DNA of 64,000 nt from Escherichia coli (GTDB lineage: Bacteria > Pseudomonadota > Gammaproteobacteria > Enterobacterales > Enterobacteriaceae), in NCBI RefSeq assembly GCF_044647545.1, contig NZ_CP172818.1, one strand, 5' to 3'. Below the pieces are notes generated by a model. That model saw only the letters and a list, made by a program, of their open reading frames with translations. It was not told where the DNA came from and ran no database searches. Below, piece by piece: positions 22,164 to 33,932 of this stretch; within the stretch, counting starts at the first letter, position 1, and each line of letters starts with the position of its first letter. The position numbers and the translations under genes were made by a program.

Positions 22164-22339
22164 TTCATTTCCTCTCATCCCATCCGGGGTGAGAGTCTTT
22201 TCCCCCGACTTATGGCTCATGCATGCATCAAAAAAGATGTGAGCTTGATCAAAAACAAAAAATATTTCACTCGACAGGAGTATTTATATTGCGCCCGTTA
22301 CGTGGGCTTCGACTGTAAATCAGAAAGGAGAAAACACCT

Positions 22340-22543
22340 ATGACGACCTACGATCGTAACCGTAACGCAATCACCACTGGCAGCCGTGTTATGGTTAGCG
22401 GCACCGGTCACACTGGCAAGATCCTGTCGATTGATACTGAAGGTCTGACCGCTGAGCAAATCCGCCGCGGAAAAACCGTAGTTGTTGAAGGTTGTGAAGA
22501 GAAACTGGCACCTCTGGACCTGATTCGTCTCGGCATGAACTAA
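22340..22543 (+). CDS. ydfZ: YdfZ, small protein, 67 aa
   Basis: 67-aa ORF with strong terminator immediately downstream. Confidence 0.85.
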
Positions 22544-22550
22544 GCGTGTG

Positions 22551-22580
22551 AATGCCGCCGATGGCGGCATTGCTTTTTTT
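22551..22580 (+). terminator. rho-independent terminator after ydfZ
   Basis: aatgccgccgatggcggcatt hairpin followed by T7. Confidence 0.7.
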
Positions 22581-24039
22581 ACTTCACGGAATATTTCGCC
22601 ACGGTCGCTTTCGCACCATGCGCTAATAAAGACAAGTACGCTTCCGTCACTTTTGCAGTAAACAAGCTATTGTCTGGCAAATCATCACCAAAGATCGCCT
22701 TAATCGCCAGCAATGACTGGACGCGCGCTTTCCCTTCGGCACTACTTTGTACAGCCTTCTGAATAACAGGTAACAGTGGGTCACTGATTTCTATCGGATT
22801 TCCCTGTTCATCAACACCACCGACATAACGCATCCAACCCGCGACGCCTAGCGCCAGCAGATCGAACTTGCTGTCATGCGCCAGATGCCAGCGAACAGAA
22901 TCCAACATCCGCTGTGGCAATTTCTGGCTGCCATCCATCGCAATCTGCCAGGTTCGATGACGTAGCGCCGGGTTGCTATAGCGTTCAATTAATCGGTTAG
23001 CGTAATCTTGCAAATCAACGCCCTGCACTTTCAACGTCGGCGCTTGTTCATGCAACATCAAGGCATACGCTGCATGACGATAATGTTCATCTTCCATGCA
23101 GTCATTAATGTGCTGATATCCGGCAAGATAACCCAGATACGCCAGGAATGAATGACTGCCGTTGAGCATGCGCAACTTCATCTCTTCATAAGGCAGCACA
23201 TCACTAACCAGTTCGGCTCCCGCTTTTTCCCATTCCGGACGTCCGGCAACAAAGTTATCTTCTATTACCCACTGGCGGAAAGGTTCACAGGCAACGCCAG
23301 CAGGATCGCGCACACCGGTAAGTTGTTCGATTTTCGCCAGCGTATCCTCTGTCACTGCGGGCACAATACGGTCCACCATTGTTGATGGGAAAGTCACGTT
23401 TTCTTCGATCCATTGTGCCAGTTTTACATCAACAGCTTGCGCGTAGGAAGTGACAACGTCACGCATAACATGACCGTTTTCTGGCATGTTGTCACATGAC
23501 ATGACGGTAAATGCGGGAAGTCCTGCCGCTTTACGGCGAGCCAGCGCCTCGACAATCACCCCTATTGCAGTTTTCGGCTGGTGGGGATTTTGTACATCGG
23601 CAACGACCATCGGGTGATCGGGCATTAACTGTCCGGTCGCCGGAGAGTGGAAATACCCTTTTTCGGTGATTGTCAGAGAGACAATCGCGATTTGCGGTTC
23701 ACACATCGCAGCCAACACGGTTTCTAAGCCATCAATCTGTACGTGCAAGGCTTTTTTAACGACGCCAACGACGCGAGCCGTCCACGCATCGGCCGACATT
23801 TCCGCAACGGTATAAAGATTATCTTGCTGTTGTAAATCGGCAATTTGCTGTTCGCCGCCGATTAAATTGACCTCATAATATCCCCAGTCACTGAAATGTT
23901 CCGTAGCAAGAATATCGGCATACACACCCTGATGCGCACGGTGAAATGCACCAAAGCCTAAATGAACAATTCTTGGGGCCAGGTTATTACGATCATAAAC
24001 AGGGAGCGTCGCTTTTGCTGATAACAAATTATTTCCCAT
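22579..24039 (-). CDS. ydfI: mannitol/mannonate dehydrogenase-family oxidoreductase YdfI, 486 aa
   Basis: 486-aa ORF, paralogous to UxaB/UxuB-type enzymes. Confidence 0.9.
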   Translation of the reverse strand: MGNNLLSAKATLPVYDRNNLAPRIVHLGFGAFHRAHQGVYADILATEHFSDWGYYEVNLIGGEQQIADLQQQDNLYTVAEMSADAWTARVVGVVKKALHVQIDGLETVLAAMCEPQIAIVSLTITEKGYFHSPATGQLMPDHPMVVADVQNPHQPKTAIGVIVEALARRKAAGLPAFTVMSCDNMPENGHVMRDVVTSYAQAVDVKLAQWIEENVTFPSTMVDRIVPAVTEDTLAKIEQLTGVRDPAGVACEPFRQWVIEDNFVAGRPEWEKAGAELVSDVLPYEEMKLRMLNGSHSFLAYLGYLAGYQHINDCMEDEHYRHAAYALMLHEQAPTLKVQGVDLQDYANRLIERYSNPALRHRTWQIAMDGSQKLPQRMLDSVRWHLAHDSKFDLLALGVAGWMRYVGGVDEQGNPIEISDPLLPVIQKAVQSSAEGKARVQSLLAIKAIFGDDLPDNSLFTAKVTEAYLSLLAHGAKATVAKYSVK

Positions 24040-24128
24040 AACAATTCCTTAAATTTAAATATGGCAAGCTGCATGTTTTGTTATATGAATAAAAAATCCC
24101 CTCTCCGGTAAGAGAAGGGATGGAGGAT

Positions 24129-25412
24129 TTACAGACTTCTTGAAGGTTGCGCTGCTGTTACAACACGCGGTTGATCTTCCGCGGCATCTTCCAGTGCACT
24201 TAAATCACGGTCTTTCACTTCTGGCATTTTCAGCGCAGAGATTAAACCAATCACTGAATATGCCATGATCATAATGGCGATCGGATACCAGGATTCCGTC
24301 ATGGTGCAGAAAATACCCGCCAGGATAGGACCAAAACCGGAAGCGATAAGACCACCAATTTCTTTAGAAATAGCCATCCGGGTAAAGCGGTTTTTACAGC
24401 CGAACATTTCTGCCATGGTAATGTTTTCCAGAGCAAATAATCCCAGCACCGCACAGTTATGAATCACAATCAGTGCAACCATAATGGTGCTCGGGGCATA
24501 GCTTTTATCTACGATGATAGAAAGCATTGGCCACGCCAGCACAATCGCAGAGGTATTCATAATAATATACGGGATCCGGCGACCTATTTTATCGGATAAC
24601 CAACCAAGGAACGGAATGGTCATAAAGCCGAGAATCGAACTGATCATCAATGCATCTGTTGGAATTGCTTTGTTAAACAATAACGTCTGCACTAAATAGC
24701 CTGCAAGGAAAGTCTGAATTAAACCTGAGTTACCAGCCTGACCAAAACGCAGCCCTGTTGCCAGCCAGAAGGATTTGCTCTGGAACATGCTACCAGCAGG
24801 TGCAGGTTTTGCTGTCGGTTGATTGCTGTCGTTAACCTTCTCAAAGACCGGGCTTTCTTTCAGATTCATACGCAACCAGATAGCAAAGACCATCACGACA
24901 ACGCTCGCCAGGAACGGTATACGCCATCCCCACGCCAACAGTTCCTCTTTACTGAGAATGAAGAACATAAAGGCCCAGATTGCCGTTGCGCTCAAGGTTC
25001 CGCAGTTAGTCCCCATAGCAACAAATGAGGAGATAATTCCGCGCTTACCTTTTGGCGCATATTCCGCCAGCATCGTACCGGCACCGGAAATTTCCGCACC
25101 TGCACCCAATCCCTGAATAATACGCAGCGTCACCAGCAAGATGGGTGCAAAAACACCAATCTGTGCATAGGTCGGTAACACACCAATTAAGGTGGTACAG
25201 ATCCCCATCATGGTGATGGTAATAAAGAGTACTTTTTTACGCCCTATTCTGTCGCCCATTTTGCCGAAAATAAATGCTCCGACAATACGCGCCACATAAC
25301 CTGCACCGTAGGTTCCCATTGCCAGAATTAACGCCATTGCCGTTGATGATTCAGGAAAAAATATTTCATGAAACACTAACGCTGCGCCGAGCGAATATAA
25401 CTGGAAATCCAT
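24129..25412 (-). CDS. ydfJ: MFS transporter YdfJ, N-terminally truncated by prophage insertion (427-aa remainder)
   Basis: ORF starts at MDFQLYSLGAALVF, inside the first TM region; the missing N-terminus (MTIEKHERSTKDLVKAAVSGWLGTALEFMDF) lies at 46250-46342 on the far side of the prophage. Confidence 0.85.
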   Translation of the reverse strand: MDFQLYSLGAALVFHEIFFPESSTAMALILAMGTYGAGYVARIVGAFIFGKMGDRIGRKKVLFITITMMGICTTLIGVLPTYAQIGVFAPILLVTLRIIQGLGAGAEISGAGTMLAEYAPKGKRGIISSFVAMGTNCGTLSATAIWAFMFFILSKEELLAWGWRIPFLASVVVMVFAIWLRMNLKESPVFEKVNDSNQPTAKPAPAGSMFQSKSFWLATGLRFGQAGNSGLIQTFLAGYLVQTLLFNKAIPTDALMISSILGFMTIPFLGWLSDKIGRRIPYIIMNTSAIVLAWPMLSIIVDKSYAPSTIMVALIVIHNCAVLGLFALENITMAEMFGCKNRFTRMAISKEIGGLIASGFGPILAGIFCTMTESWYPIAIMIMAYSVIGLISALKMPEVKDRDLSALEDAAEDQPRVVTAAQPSRSL

Positions 25413-25416
25413 AATT
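25403..25416. repeat. attL core copy
   Basis: gaaatccataattc; 11 identical bases plus TTC shared with the right-end copy. Confidence 0.6.
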
Positions 25417-26198
25417 CACAGGTGTTTTTTCCCATCCTGTGGTTTCCTTGGCGTTTTCTAGGTTTTTTCAGATAGTTGCATTTTTTAAAAAGCATCCTAA
25501 GTTCGATCTCAGTGTCTATCTGGGGCCTATTTCTGTCCCATATATGCCCCAAAAAAAACTCCCCAACAGATAAGTAGTTTTTTCATGGATTTATGCGTAA
25601 AATCAAGAACGGCTGGAAATCATTCAATACTCACACTATCGAAAAATTTACCAGCCAACCGCAGCACGTTCTTGCATAAGGCGTGTCTGCGGTTTTTCAA
25701 CTATTCAGATACATCACTCCCATCACATTCATTCCTCCGCATCAAAGGCATATAGGCTATATCACCTTGATATTTTTCTTTTTCAGATAAAAACTGTTAT
25801 CTATGTATACTTTTAAACCCAATCCGTGTAGAGTCTCTGCATAAGATAGTTTACAGTTGCCGCTTCAGCTTGCGCCATAAACCGCCTGATTTTTGCTGCC
25901 ACCTGTTAGCATTCCTGTATACCTGAAACGACAATGTTTATCTACGAACTTTAAGAACACCCAAGATAAAAATTGTCAACTATATCATATATAACACATT
26001 ACTAATTCGAGGCTATATGAACAGCATACTGATAATCACATCTCTCCTTATCATATTCAGCATTTTTAGTCATGCCCTAATAAAATTAGGGATTGGCATA
26101 TCCAATAACCCAGACAAAACCGATGTATAAGTCAACATATCCTGAATCAGACATACAATATCGCAATGAAAATCAATAATATTTTAAGGAATATCTTC

Positions 26199-26432
26199 AT
26201 GAAATCAAAAGACACCCTAAAGTGGTTCCCTGCGCAGCTTCCTGAAGTAAGAATTATCCTAGGGGATGCTGTAGTGGAAGTAGCAAAACAGGGAAGACCT
26301 ATCAATACCAGAACATTGCTTGATTACATTGAAGGAAACATAAAGAAAAAATCATGGCTGGATAACAAAGAATTATTACAAACAGCGATATCAGTTCTTA
26401 AAGACAACCAAAATTTAAATGGTAAAATGTAA
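26199..26432 (+). CDS. ydfK: Qin prophage protein YdfK, 77 aa
   Basis: MKSKDTLKWFPAQLPEVRIILGDAVVEVAKQGRP... Confidence 0.8.
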   Translation: MKSKDTLKWFPAQLPEVRIILGDAVVEVAKQGRPINTRTLLDYIEGNIKKKSWLDNKELLQTAISVLKDNQNLNGKM

Positions 26433-26748
26433 TATAATAAACTTACTTTTTTATCATTTTTCCACTTTAACAACATTTTGCTCCACTTTTCCACGACCAA
26501 ACAACTTGAAATCTGGTTAAAATAACACGCAACACTATTCTTCTTCCTTGAGTCCGCCCGGAACTCGAAAAACAAACCGAGTTAAAGCCTTTTTTCACAA
26601 AATCGATTTTGGGTCTCACCAAAATTACGGGGTTGCATACGCATTCGTTTATTTTCGAACGTGTACATACAAATATGCACAAAAATAATCATAATTATTT
26701 TCTGAGATGCATTATGATATGAACACCAATTTCGTATAGAGTCTCACT

Positions 26749-27339
26749 ATGTCTCGAATTTTTGCTTACTGTCGGATATCAACGCTGGATCAGACCACCG
26801 AAAATCAACGCCGGGAAATCGAAAGTGCAGGTTTTAAAATCAAACCTCAGCAAATAATCGAAGAACACATTAGCGGCTCAGCAGCAACCAGTGAGCGTCC
26901 TGGTTTTAACCGGTTGCTTGCTCGCCTGAAATGTGGTGATCAATTGATTGTGACAAAACTGGATCGCCTTGGTTGTAATGCAATGGATATCAGGAAAACA
27001 GTGGAACAACTGACCGAAACAGGTATCAGAGTGCATTGCTTAGCATTGGGTGGCATTGACCTGACCAGTCCAACAGGAAAAATGATGATGCAAGTAATTT
27101 CAGCAGTCGCTGAATTTGAACGAGACCTTTTACTTGAACGCACTCATTCCGGGATAGTAAGAGCCCGCGGCGCAGGGAAACGTTTTGGTCGACCACCTGT
27201 GTTAAATGAAGAACAGAAACAGGTGGTATTCGAACGAATTAAGTCAGGTGTAAGTATAAGTGCCATTGCCCGGGAATTCAAAACCTCGCGGCAAACCATT
27301 TTAAGAGCCAAAGCAAAACTTCAGACACCTGACATATAA
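26749..27339 (+). CDS. pinQ: serine DNA invertase PinQ (Hin/Gin/Pin family), 196 aa
   Basis: N-terminal resolvase catalytic region ([17 protein letters not shown]) and C-terminal HTH. Confidence 0.95.
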
Positions 27340-27436
27340 AAAATAATCTCGGTGTGAGATGCTTTACGTCTTCCAAGCCCCCTTCCTTGCCGTAAATGGA
27401 AAGATACATCTAATTATAGAATTTATATGTTTTACC

Positions 27437-28011
27437 CTACGGCAGTGCTGGCCATTCAATATCCTGTGCAGTTGACGTATCAACACGGTTCAGCAATACC
27501 CGATACTTTTTCCATGCTTCCAGCAACGGGGTTTCTTCCTCCGTTGCAATTTCCAGATCTGCAGCATCCTGAAGCGGCGCAATATGCTCACTGGCTACCT
27601 GCATCAGGTTGTTTTTTTTTCTTCCGCTTCCCGTATCCGAAACAGTTTTTCTGCTTCCTCATCATTCACCCAGGATACGCCGTCCCACTTCTGATACTCC
27701 CCTGCTGGCGACAACCAGGTGACATTCTCTGGTAGCGGTCCGAGTTCAGAAATAAACAATGCGTCCCCCGACGCCACGTCATAGACCGTTTTACCACGAT
27801 GGTCTTCAACAATATTCCACGATTCATTTTCACTGTTAAAAACTGCCACAAAGCCAGCAGGAATTTCCGGTGGGGCGATATCTGTAGAATTAGCTGGCAG
27901 CCCTGTATGAGGTGGAATATATGCGTCACCTTCACCAATAAACTCATTAGTTCCGGCCAGCAGGTTATAAATTTTTACGGTACGTGATTGTTCACTCATT
28001 CTGAATGCCAT
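27437..28011 (-). pseudogene. tfaQ: tail fibre assembly protein TfaQ, frameshifted at a 9-nt homopolymer (27612-27620)
   Basis: N-terminal frame stops after ...EAEEKKTT at 27604; the C-terminal part ([22 protein letters not shown]...DIEWPALP*) continues in another frame to a stop at 27437-27439. Confidence 0.7.
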
Positions 28012-28934
28012 TATGCAAGCCTCACAATATAATTAAATGCGATGTTTTTAACGGTGTTTTCCGCGTTACCAGCAGCGTTAACGGTGATGGTGTGTCCATG
28101 TGAACCAATCTTAACAGAGTGCGTATGAGCGCCAATACCAACAGTGTGTGCATGTGCCCCAGCACTTGTAGCGGTACCTGATACTGAGTGGGTATGTGCG
28201 CCAGAAGAAGGCACAGTTCCATTCCCCACCACCGTGCCACTTGATGAACCATCCAGCCAGTCGAAATTCATACCGCCACTGTTTGGTCTCCTTAATGGAA
28301 CGGTATGAGTATGTGCGCCAGCACTATTTGCAGTACCAGATACATTGTGGGTATGTGCACCTGTGTTATTCGTTGATTTAGTACCGTAATCAAACGACGA
28401 TGTGGTTTTCGTACCCAAATCCGTACTGGATGCGCTGGCACTGTGGGTGTGCGATTTAATGCCATCCTGTTCCTGAGACAATACGGCCCGACCACTGGCG
28501 GGTTTGCCCTTGATTGTCCAGCCGCGCATATCTGGAATAACACCAGAAGGATAGGCAATAGCCAGTTTCGGATATGCTGCCTTATCAAACGTCTGCCCCT
28601 GCATGATTGCATAACCTGCAGGTGGCGTATCTGATGGCCACGGGATTGGTGCACCGACTGGATAAAACTCTGCAGGAGGATGAGCCGAGGTGTAAAGCTG
28701 CGCCCACGGCGACCAGTTTGCGTCGGTCGTATCCCGTCGTGAACGAATAAATGCCGGAGCATGAGCACCGCTTGTACCACTCCAGCCGATGAGTAACTCA
28801 CCTTCGCCAACGGCTGTCATCCCTTTCAGGTGAATGATATTTCCATACGCTGTTGGATATCCGTTGTTATACACCTCGTATAACTCAAGACCTGCTGCCC
28901 CCTGCGTATTGTCTGTCAGCGCGGTTATATTCAC
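28011..28934 (-). CDS. stfQ: side tail fibre protein fragment StfQ (YdfN); Gly/His-rich repeats
   Basis: 307-aa ORF with repeated [11 protein letters not shown]-type units; stop overlaps tfaQ start (TAATG); the 5' end overlaps nohQ so the true start is uncertain. Confidence 0.65.
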   Translation of the reverse strand: MNITALTDNTQGAAGLELYEVYNNGYPTAYGNIIHLKGMTAVGEGELLIGWSGTSGAHAPAFIRSRRDTTDANWSPWAQLYTSAHPPAEFYPVGAPIPWPSDTPPAGYAIMQGQTFDKAAYPKLAIAYPSGVIPDMRGWTIKGKPASGRAVLSQEQDGIKSHTHSASASSTDLGTKTTSSFDYGTKSTNNTGAHTHNVSGTANSAGAHTHTVPLRRPNSGGMNFDWLDGSSSGTVVGNGTVPSSGAHTHSVSGTATSAGAHAHTVGIGAHTHSVKIGSHGHTITVNAAGNAENTVKNIAFNYIVRLA

Positions 28935-29454
28935 TCAGCAACCCCGGTATCAGTTCATCCAGCGCGGCTGCTTTGTTCATGGCTTTGATAATATCCCGTT
29001 TCAGGAAATCAACATGTCGGTTTTCCAGTTCCGGAAAACGCCGCTGCACCGACAGGGGGAGCCCGTCGAGAATACTGGCAATTTCACCTGCGATCCGCGA
29101 CAACACGAAAGTACAGAATGCGGTTTCCACCACTTCAGCGGAGTCTCTGGCATTCTTCAGTTCCTGTGCGTCGGCCTGCGCACGCGTAAGTCGATGGCGT
29201 TCGTACTCAATAGTTCCTGGCTGGAGATCTGCCTCGCTGGCCTGCCGCAGTTCTTCAACCTCCCGGCGCAGCTTTTCGTTCTCAATTTCAGCATCCCTTT
29301 CGGCATACCATTTTATGACGGCGGCAGAGTCATAAAGCACCTCATTACCCTTGCCACCGCCTCGCAGAACGGGCATTCCCTGTTCCTGCCAGTTCTGAAT
29401 GGTACGGATACTCGCACCGAAAATGTCAGCCAGCTGCTTTTTGTTGACTTCCAT
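28885..29454 (-). CDS. nohQ: terminase small-subunit (Nu1) homologue NohQ, 189 aa with altered C-terminus
   Basis: [46 protein letters not shown]... as in lambda Nu1; C-terminal residues diverge, consistent with a deletion junction. Confidence 0.85.
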   Translation of the reverse strand: MEVNKKQLADIFGASIRTIQNWQEQGMPVLRGGGKGNEVLYDSAAVIKWYAERDAEIENEKLRREVEELRQASEADLQPGTIEYERHRLTRAQADAQELKNARDSAEVVETAFCTFVLSRIAGEIASILDGLPLSVQRRFPELENRHVDFLKRDIIKAMNKAAALDELIPGLLSEYNRADRQYAGGSRS

Positions 29455-29630
29455 TGTTCATTCCACGGACAAAAACAGAGAAAGGAAACGACAGAGGCCA
29501 AAAAGCTCGCTTTCAGCACCTGTCGTTTCCTTTCTTTCAGAGGGTATTTTAAATAAAAACATTAAGTTATGACGAAGAAGAACGGAAACGCCTTAAACCG
29601 GAAATTTTTCATAAATAGCGAAAACCCGCG

Positions 29631-29642
29631 AGGTCGCCGCCC
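29631..29642. other. cosN cohesive-end site, within a lambda-like cos region (about 29455-29700)
   Basis: aggtcgccgccc is the reverse complement of lambda cosN GGGCGGCGACCT; flanks match my recollection of the lambda left end (cosB) and right end (cosQ side). Confidence 0.75.
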
Positions 29643-29841
29643 CGTAACCTGTCGGATCGCCGGAAAGGACCCGCAAAATGATAATAATTATCATCTGCAT
29701 GTCACAACGTGCATCTACGCCATCAAACCACGTCAAATAATCAATTATGACGCAGGTATCATATTAATTGATCTGCATCAACTTAACGTAAAAACAACTT
29801 CAGACAATACAAATCAGCGACACTAAATACGGGACAACCTC

Positions 29842-30075
29842 ATGTCAACGAAGAACAGAACCCGCAGAACAACAATCCGCAACATCCGCTTTCCTAACCA
29901 AATGATTGAACAAATTAACATCGCTCTTGATCAAAAAGGGTCCGGGAATTTCTCAGCCTGGGTCATTGAAGCCTGCCGCCGGAGACTGTGCTCAGAAAAA
30001 AGAGTTTCTCCTGAAGCAAACAAAGAAAAGAGTGACATTACTGAATTGCTCAGAAAACAGATCAGACCAGATTGA
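29842..30075 (+). CDS. ynfO: Qin prophage protein YnfO, 77 aa
   Basis: 77-aa ORF MSTKNRTRRTTIRNIRFPNQMIEQ... Confidence 0.75.
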   Translation: MSTKNRTRRTTIRNIRFPNQMIEQINIALDQKGSGNFSAWVIEACRRRLCSEKRVSPEANKEKSDITELLRKQIRPD

Positions 30076-30131
30076 AGCAATTTAGATAATCGTGCAGACT
30101 ACGCCCCTCATATCACATGGAAGGTACCACA

Positions 30132-30542
30132 ATGGCTCAGGTTGCCATTTTTAAACAAATATTCGATAAAGTGCGAAATAATTTAAACTATCACTGGTTT
30201 TATTCTGAACTAAAACGTCACAATGTCTCACATTACATTTACTATTTAGCTACAGAGAATATTCATCTTGTTCTTGAAAACGATAATACGGTTTTAATAA
30301 AAGGACAGGGTAAGGTTGTAAATGTAAGATTTTCAAAAAATAAATGCCTTATAGAAGCCACCTTAAAAGGATTCAAATCAGGAGAGTTATCATTTTACGA
30401 ATACAGGAAAAATCTTGCTACAGCAGGGGTTTTCAGATGGATTACAAATATCCACGAAAACAAAAGGTATTACTATACCTTTGATAATTCATTACTCTTT
30501 ACTGAGAACATTCAGAACACTACACAAATATTTCCGCACTAA
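30132..30542 (+). CDS. ydfO: Qin prophage protein YdfO, 136 aa
   Basis: Start at [13 protein letters not shown]... Confidence 0.8.
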   Translation: MAQVAIFKQIFDKVRNNLNYHWFYSELKRHNVSHYIYYLATENIHLVLENDNTVLIKGQGKVVNVRFSKNKCLIEATLKGFKSGELSFYEYRKNLATAGVFRWITNIHENKRYYYTFDNSLLFTENIQNTTQIFPH

Positions 30543-30731
30543 ATCATAACGTCCGGTTTCTCTCACTCCTGAGCCGGACTGCATTGGTTTAATAAAAACC
30601 ATCGACAATCGAGATTTATATCTATTCGGTAATGTTTAAATATAACAAAACCCCGTAAAAACGAGGTTTATGGGTAATTTGTATTGTTGAATAGCATCTG
30701 ATGAGAAATTGATGCTAATACTATAAACATG

Positions 30732-30905
30732 CTAGATTAAATCAATCTTGATATCATAGCTTTCAAGACCAGTCATTTTTTCCCGTGCAGTAAACTGGAT
30801 ACTGGTAACTTCTTTCCCGGTCTTTTTCTTAAGCTCAATGATTTTTTTTGTTATATATTCAGAAATATCTGCTTCTGTTTTTGTTTTTAACTCTTCAATG
30901 TTCAT
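30732..30905 (-). CDS. gnsB: GnsB (GnsA/GnsB family), 57 aa
   Basis: MNIEELKTKTEADISEYITKKIIELKKKTGKEVTSIQFTAREKMTGLESYDIKIDLI. Confidence 0.85.
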   Translation of the reverse strand: MNIEELKTKTEADISEYITKKIIELKKKTGKEVTSIQFTAREKMTGLESYDIKIDLI

Positions 30906-31077
30906 CATTTCCTCTTTTAGTCTGTTATGACTGTCCTGGTACACAGTAGTGTCAATTATATGGAGCAAACGTATAAAAGATAAGATGAAACATCGCAATA
31001 ATCAACATACGACGGTCTAAATTTCACACAAACAGATAAAGATGATTATCATTTATTATCAATGCATTAGAATCAAA

Positions 31078-31308
31078 TCAATTCAAGAGTCTCATTGCTG
31101 CTTCCAGAATTTCTTCTGAAGTTACATGTCGATCCGCTGCTACATAAATGACTTTATGATCTCCGGTCAGAGATGGAAACCCTGCAGCCATTACAGTGAG
31201 GTGTGTTGTTTCGCCATTTGGATATTCACGCATGATGGTGTTAACTCCGGTCATCACTGGCACTACCATTGCTGGTTCAGAGTTAAAAAAAACTATTATT
31301 TTTTTCAT
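31078..31308 (-). CDS. ynfN: Qin prophage small protein YnfN; start uncertain
   Basis: 89-aa ORF; several in-frame Met candidates (MKKIIVFF..., MREYPNG...). Confidence 0.5.
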   Translation of the reverse strand: MKKIIVFFNSEPAMVVPVMTGVNTIMREYPNGETTHLTVMAAGFPSLTGDHKVIYVAADRHVTSEEILEAAMRLLN

Positions 31309-31579
31309 AATGTTACCGTAATATGTGAGTATCCATCGACTAGACACTAAGCAAAAAAGCTCCCGAAGGAGCCTTCATTTTCACTTTCTTAAATCTAACG
31401 ACAGATGGCTAACATTTAAGTATTGTGAAATATTATCAAATGTAATCATCATTGATTTACAAAAGATACATTTTGCCCCGAAAGGATTTCTGTCAGAAAC
31501 ATCAAAAGATGATGTTCTATACTGAGAACCATGGCAACACGGGCATCTAAAGTGAATATGGTTTGTAATATTTTCTACC

Positions 31580-31792
31580 TCAAAGTGCCACTACATGAAC
31601 AGCTGCAGGGCCTTTAGGTCCGTTCTCAATACCAAATTCGACTTCCTGATTCTCAGTTAACGTTTTGAAATCGTTGCTCTGAATAGCTGAGAAATGCACA
31701 AACACATCTTTGCTACCATCTTTCGGCGTGATGAAACCAAAACCTTTTTCAGGGTTAAACCATTTCACTAAACCAGTCATTTTGTTAGACAT
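31580..31792 (-). CDS. cspI: cold-shock protein CspI, 70 aa
   Basis: [38 protein letters not shown]...; long AT-rich upstream leader. Confidence 0.9.
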   Translation of the reverse strand: MSNKMTGLVKWFNPEKGFGFITPKDGSKDVFVHFSAIQSNDFKTLTENQEVEFGIENGPKGPAAVHVVAL

Positions 31793-32156
31793 CATTATTA
31801 CCTTTTGAAGAAGTTAGCCCTTGGGCAGAATGGTCCGAAAAAAAAATATCAGAGAGAAAAACCAACAAGGAAATCTCAAGAGGTACAAATAATAAAATTA
31901 TAACAATGACTGCTTCAGATAATTTTGTAACAAACCAGAACACCATTAACGCATGATTAACCAACCATAGCAAGGATTACTTTTGTAAAGAAAAACACAC
32001 GAATGAAACAATAGCTTTATTTATTAATAAAACGTGTCATTCTGTCTAATGACCTTTTATCTTACCCTTAAGATTTCAAGGATTTTGACTCATGGAAGAG
32101 TCCTTTTTATTTAAATTTCACATTCAGCGCTAAAAATAATCCGATTTAATATTAAT

Positions 32157-33180
<1,024 letters not shown>

Positions 33181-33184
<4 letters not shown>

Positions 33185-33492
33185 AGATATTTATGATGAG
33201 GACGCTCGTGCTTATTGGCAGGATTTTCAATCTTAAAGGAGTACTGATGCTGCAGATAAGACTCAACTTTTTCTGACAATTTTTCTGCTACTTCCAGGAA
33301 GACTTGCCGGACGCTCATTCTGGCTGCTGCCTCATAAAACTCCAGCGCAGCTCCTTCAACACGGTCCATGGCGACATCCAGGCCAAAAATTTCACCGTCA
33401 AAGCGTTCTTTGTCCTGTAAGGCTACAGTTACCGTAACTTTATTCTCAAAATTACGGACTCCTTTCACAACCAGTTCATAGTATTGAGTCAT
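33181..33492 (-). CDS. ydfR: Qin prophage protein YdfR, 103 aa
   Basis: 103-aa ORF between holin and endolysin. Confidence 0.75.
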
Positions 33493-33496
33493 TGGA

Positions 33497-33712
33497 TTAC
33501 TCTCCTCTCGCAGCCTTACGCCTGTCTTCTTTAATCTTGAAATAAAGATTTGTCAGGTACGTCAGCAGGCCAAATACCAGGCTACCCAGCACACCTATTG
33601 CTGCCCACTGTGAGGGCGTGACTTTATCGAGCAGCTGTAAAAACCAGTAGCCAGCACTGCCTGCGGAGGTGCCGTAGGCAATGCCTGTTGAAATTTTGTC
33701 CATGGATTTCAT
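33497..33712 (-). CDS. essQ: holin EssQ, 71 aa
   Basis: [31 protein letters not shown]... with TM segments and charged C-terminus. Confidence 0.8.
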   Translation of the reverse strand: MKSMDKISTGIAYGTSAGSAGYWFLQLLDKVTPSQWAAIGVLGSLVFGLLTYLTNLYFKIKEDRRKAARGE

Positions 33713-33932
33713 AGCCTCACCTCCGCACGGAACGGATGGTGCAATATGTTTGAAAAGATCGGAGTCTACGGGGTAGTTTTGACAGCACACGTTGTTCTCA
33801 ACGGCGCTAAAAAAACATACACATTAAAAATGTGGGTAATTATTTTGAAAGAAAGTCATATATAAAATAATAATACGAGAAATGTTTTCATATTTAGTGT
33901 ACTGTATACGGCCATTTATACAGGAAAAGCCT

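Noticed and set aside
27340-27436. Possible Hin/Gin-type inversion crossover site adjacent to pinQ
   Set aside because: I looked for a hix/gix-like 26-bp imperfect palindrome next to the invertase and the tail-fibre genes but could not identify one convincingly by eye; it needs a motif search.
28834-29556. 240-aa and 160-aa plus-strand ORFs and a 172-aa minus-strand ORF overlapping nohQ and stfQ
   Set aside because: They are antisense or alternative-frame shadow ORFs within recognised genes (Nu1 homologue and tail fibre) and lack start signals.
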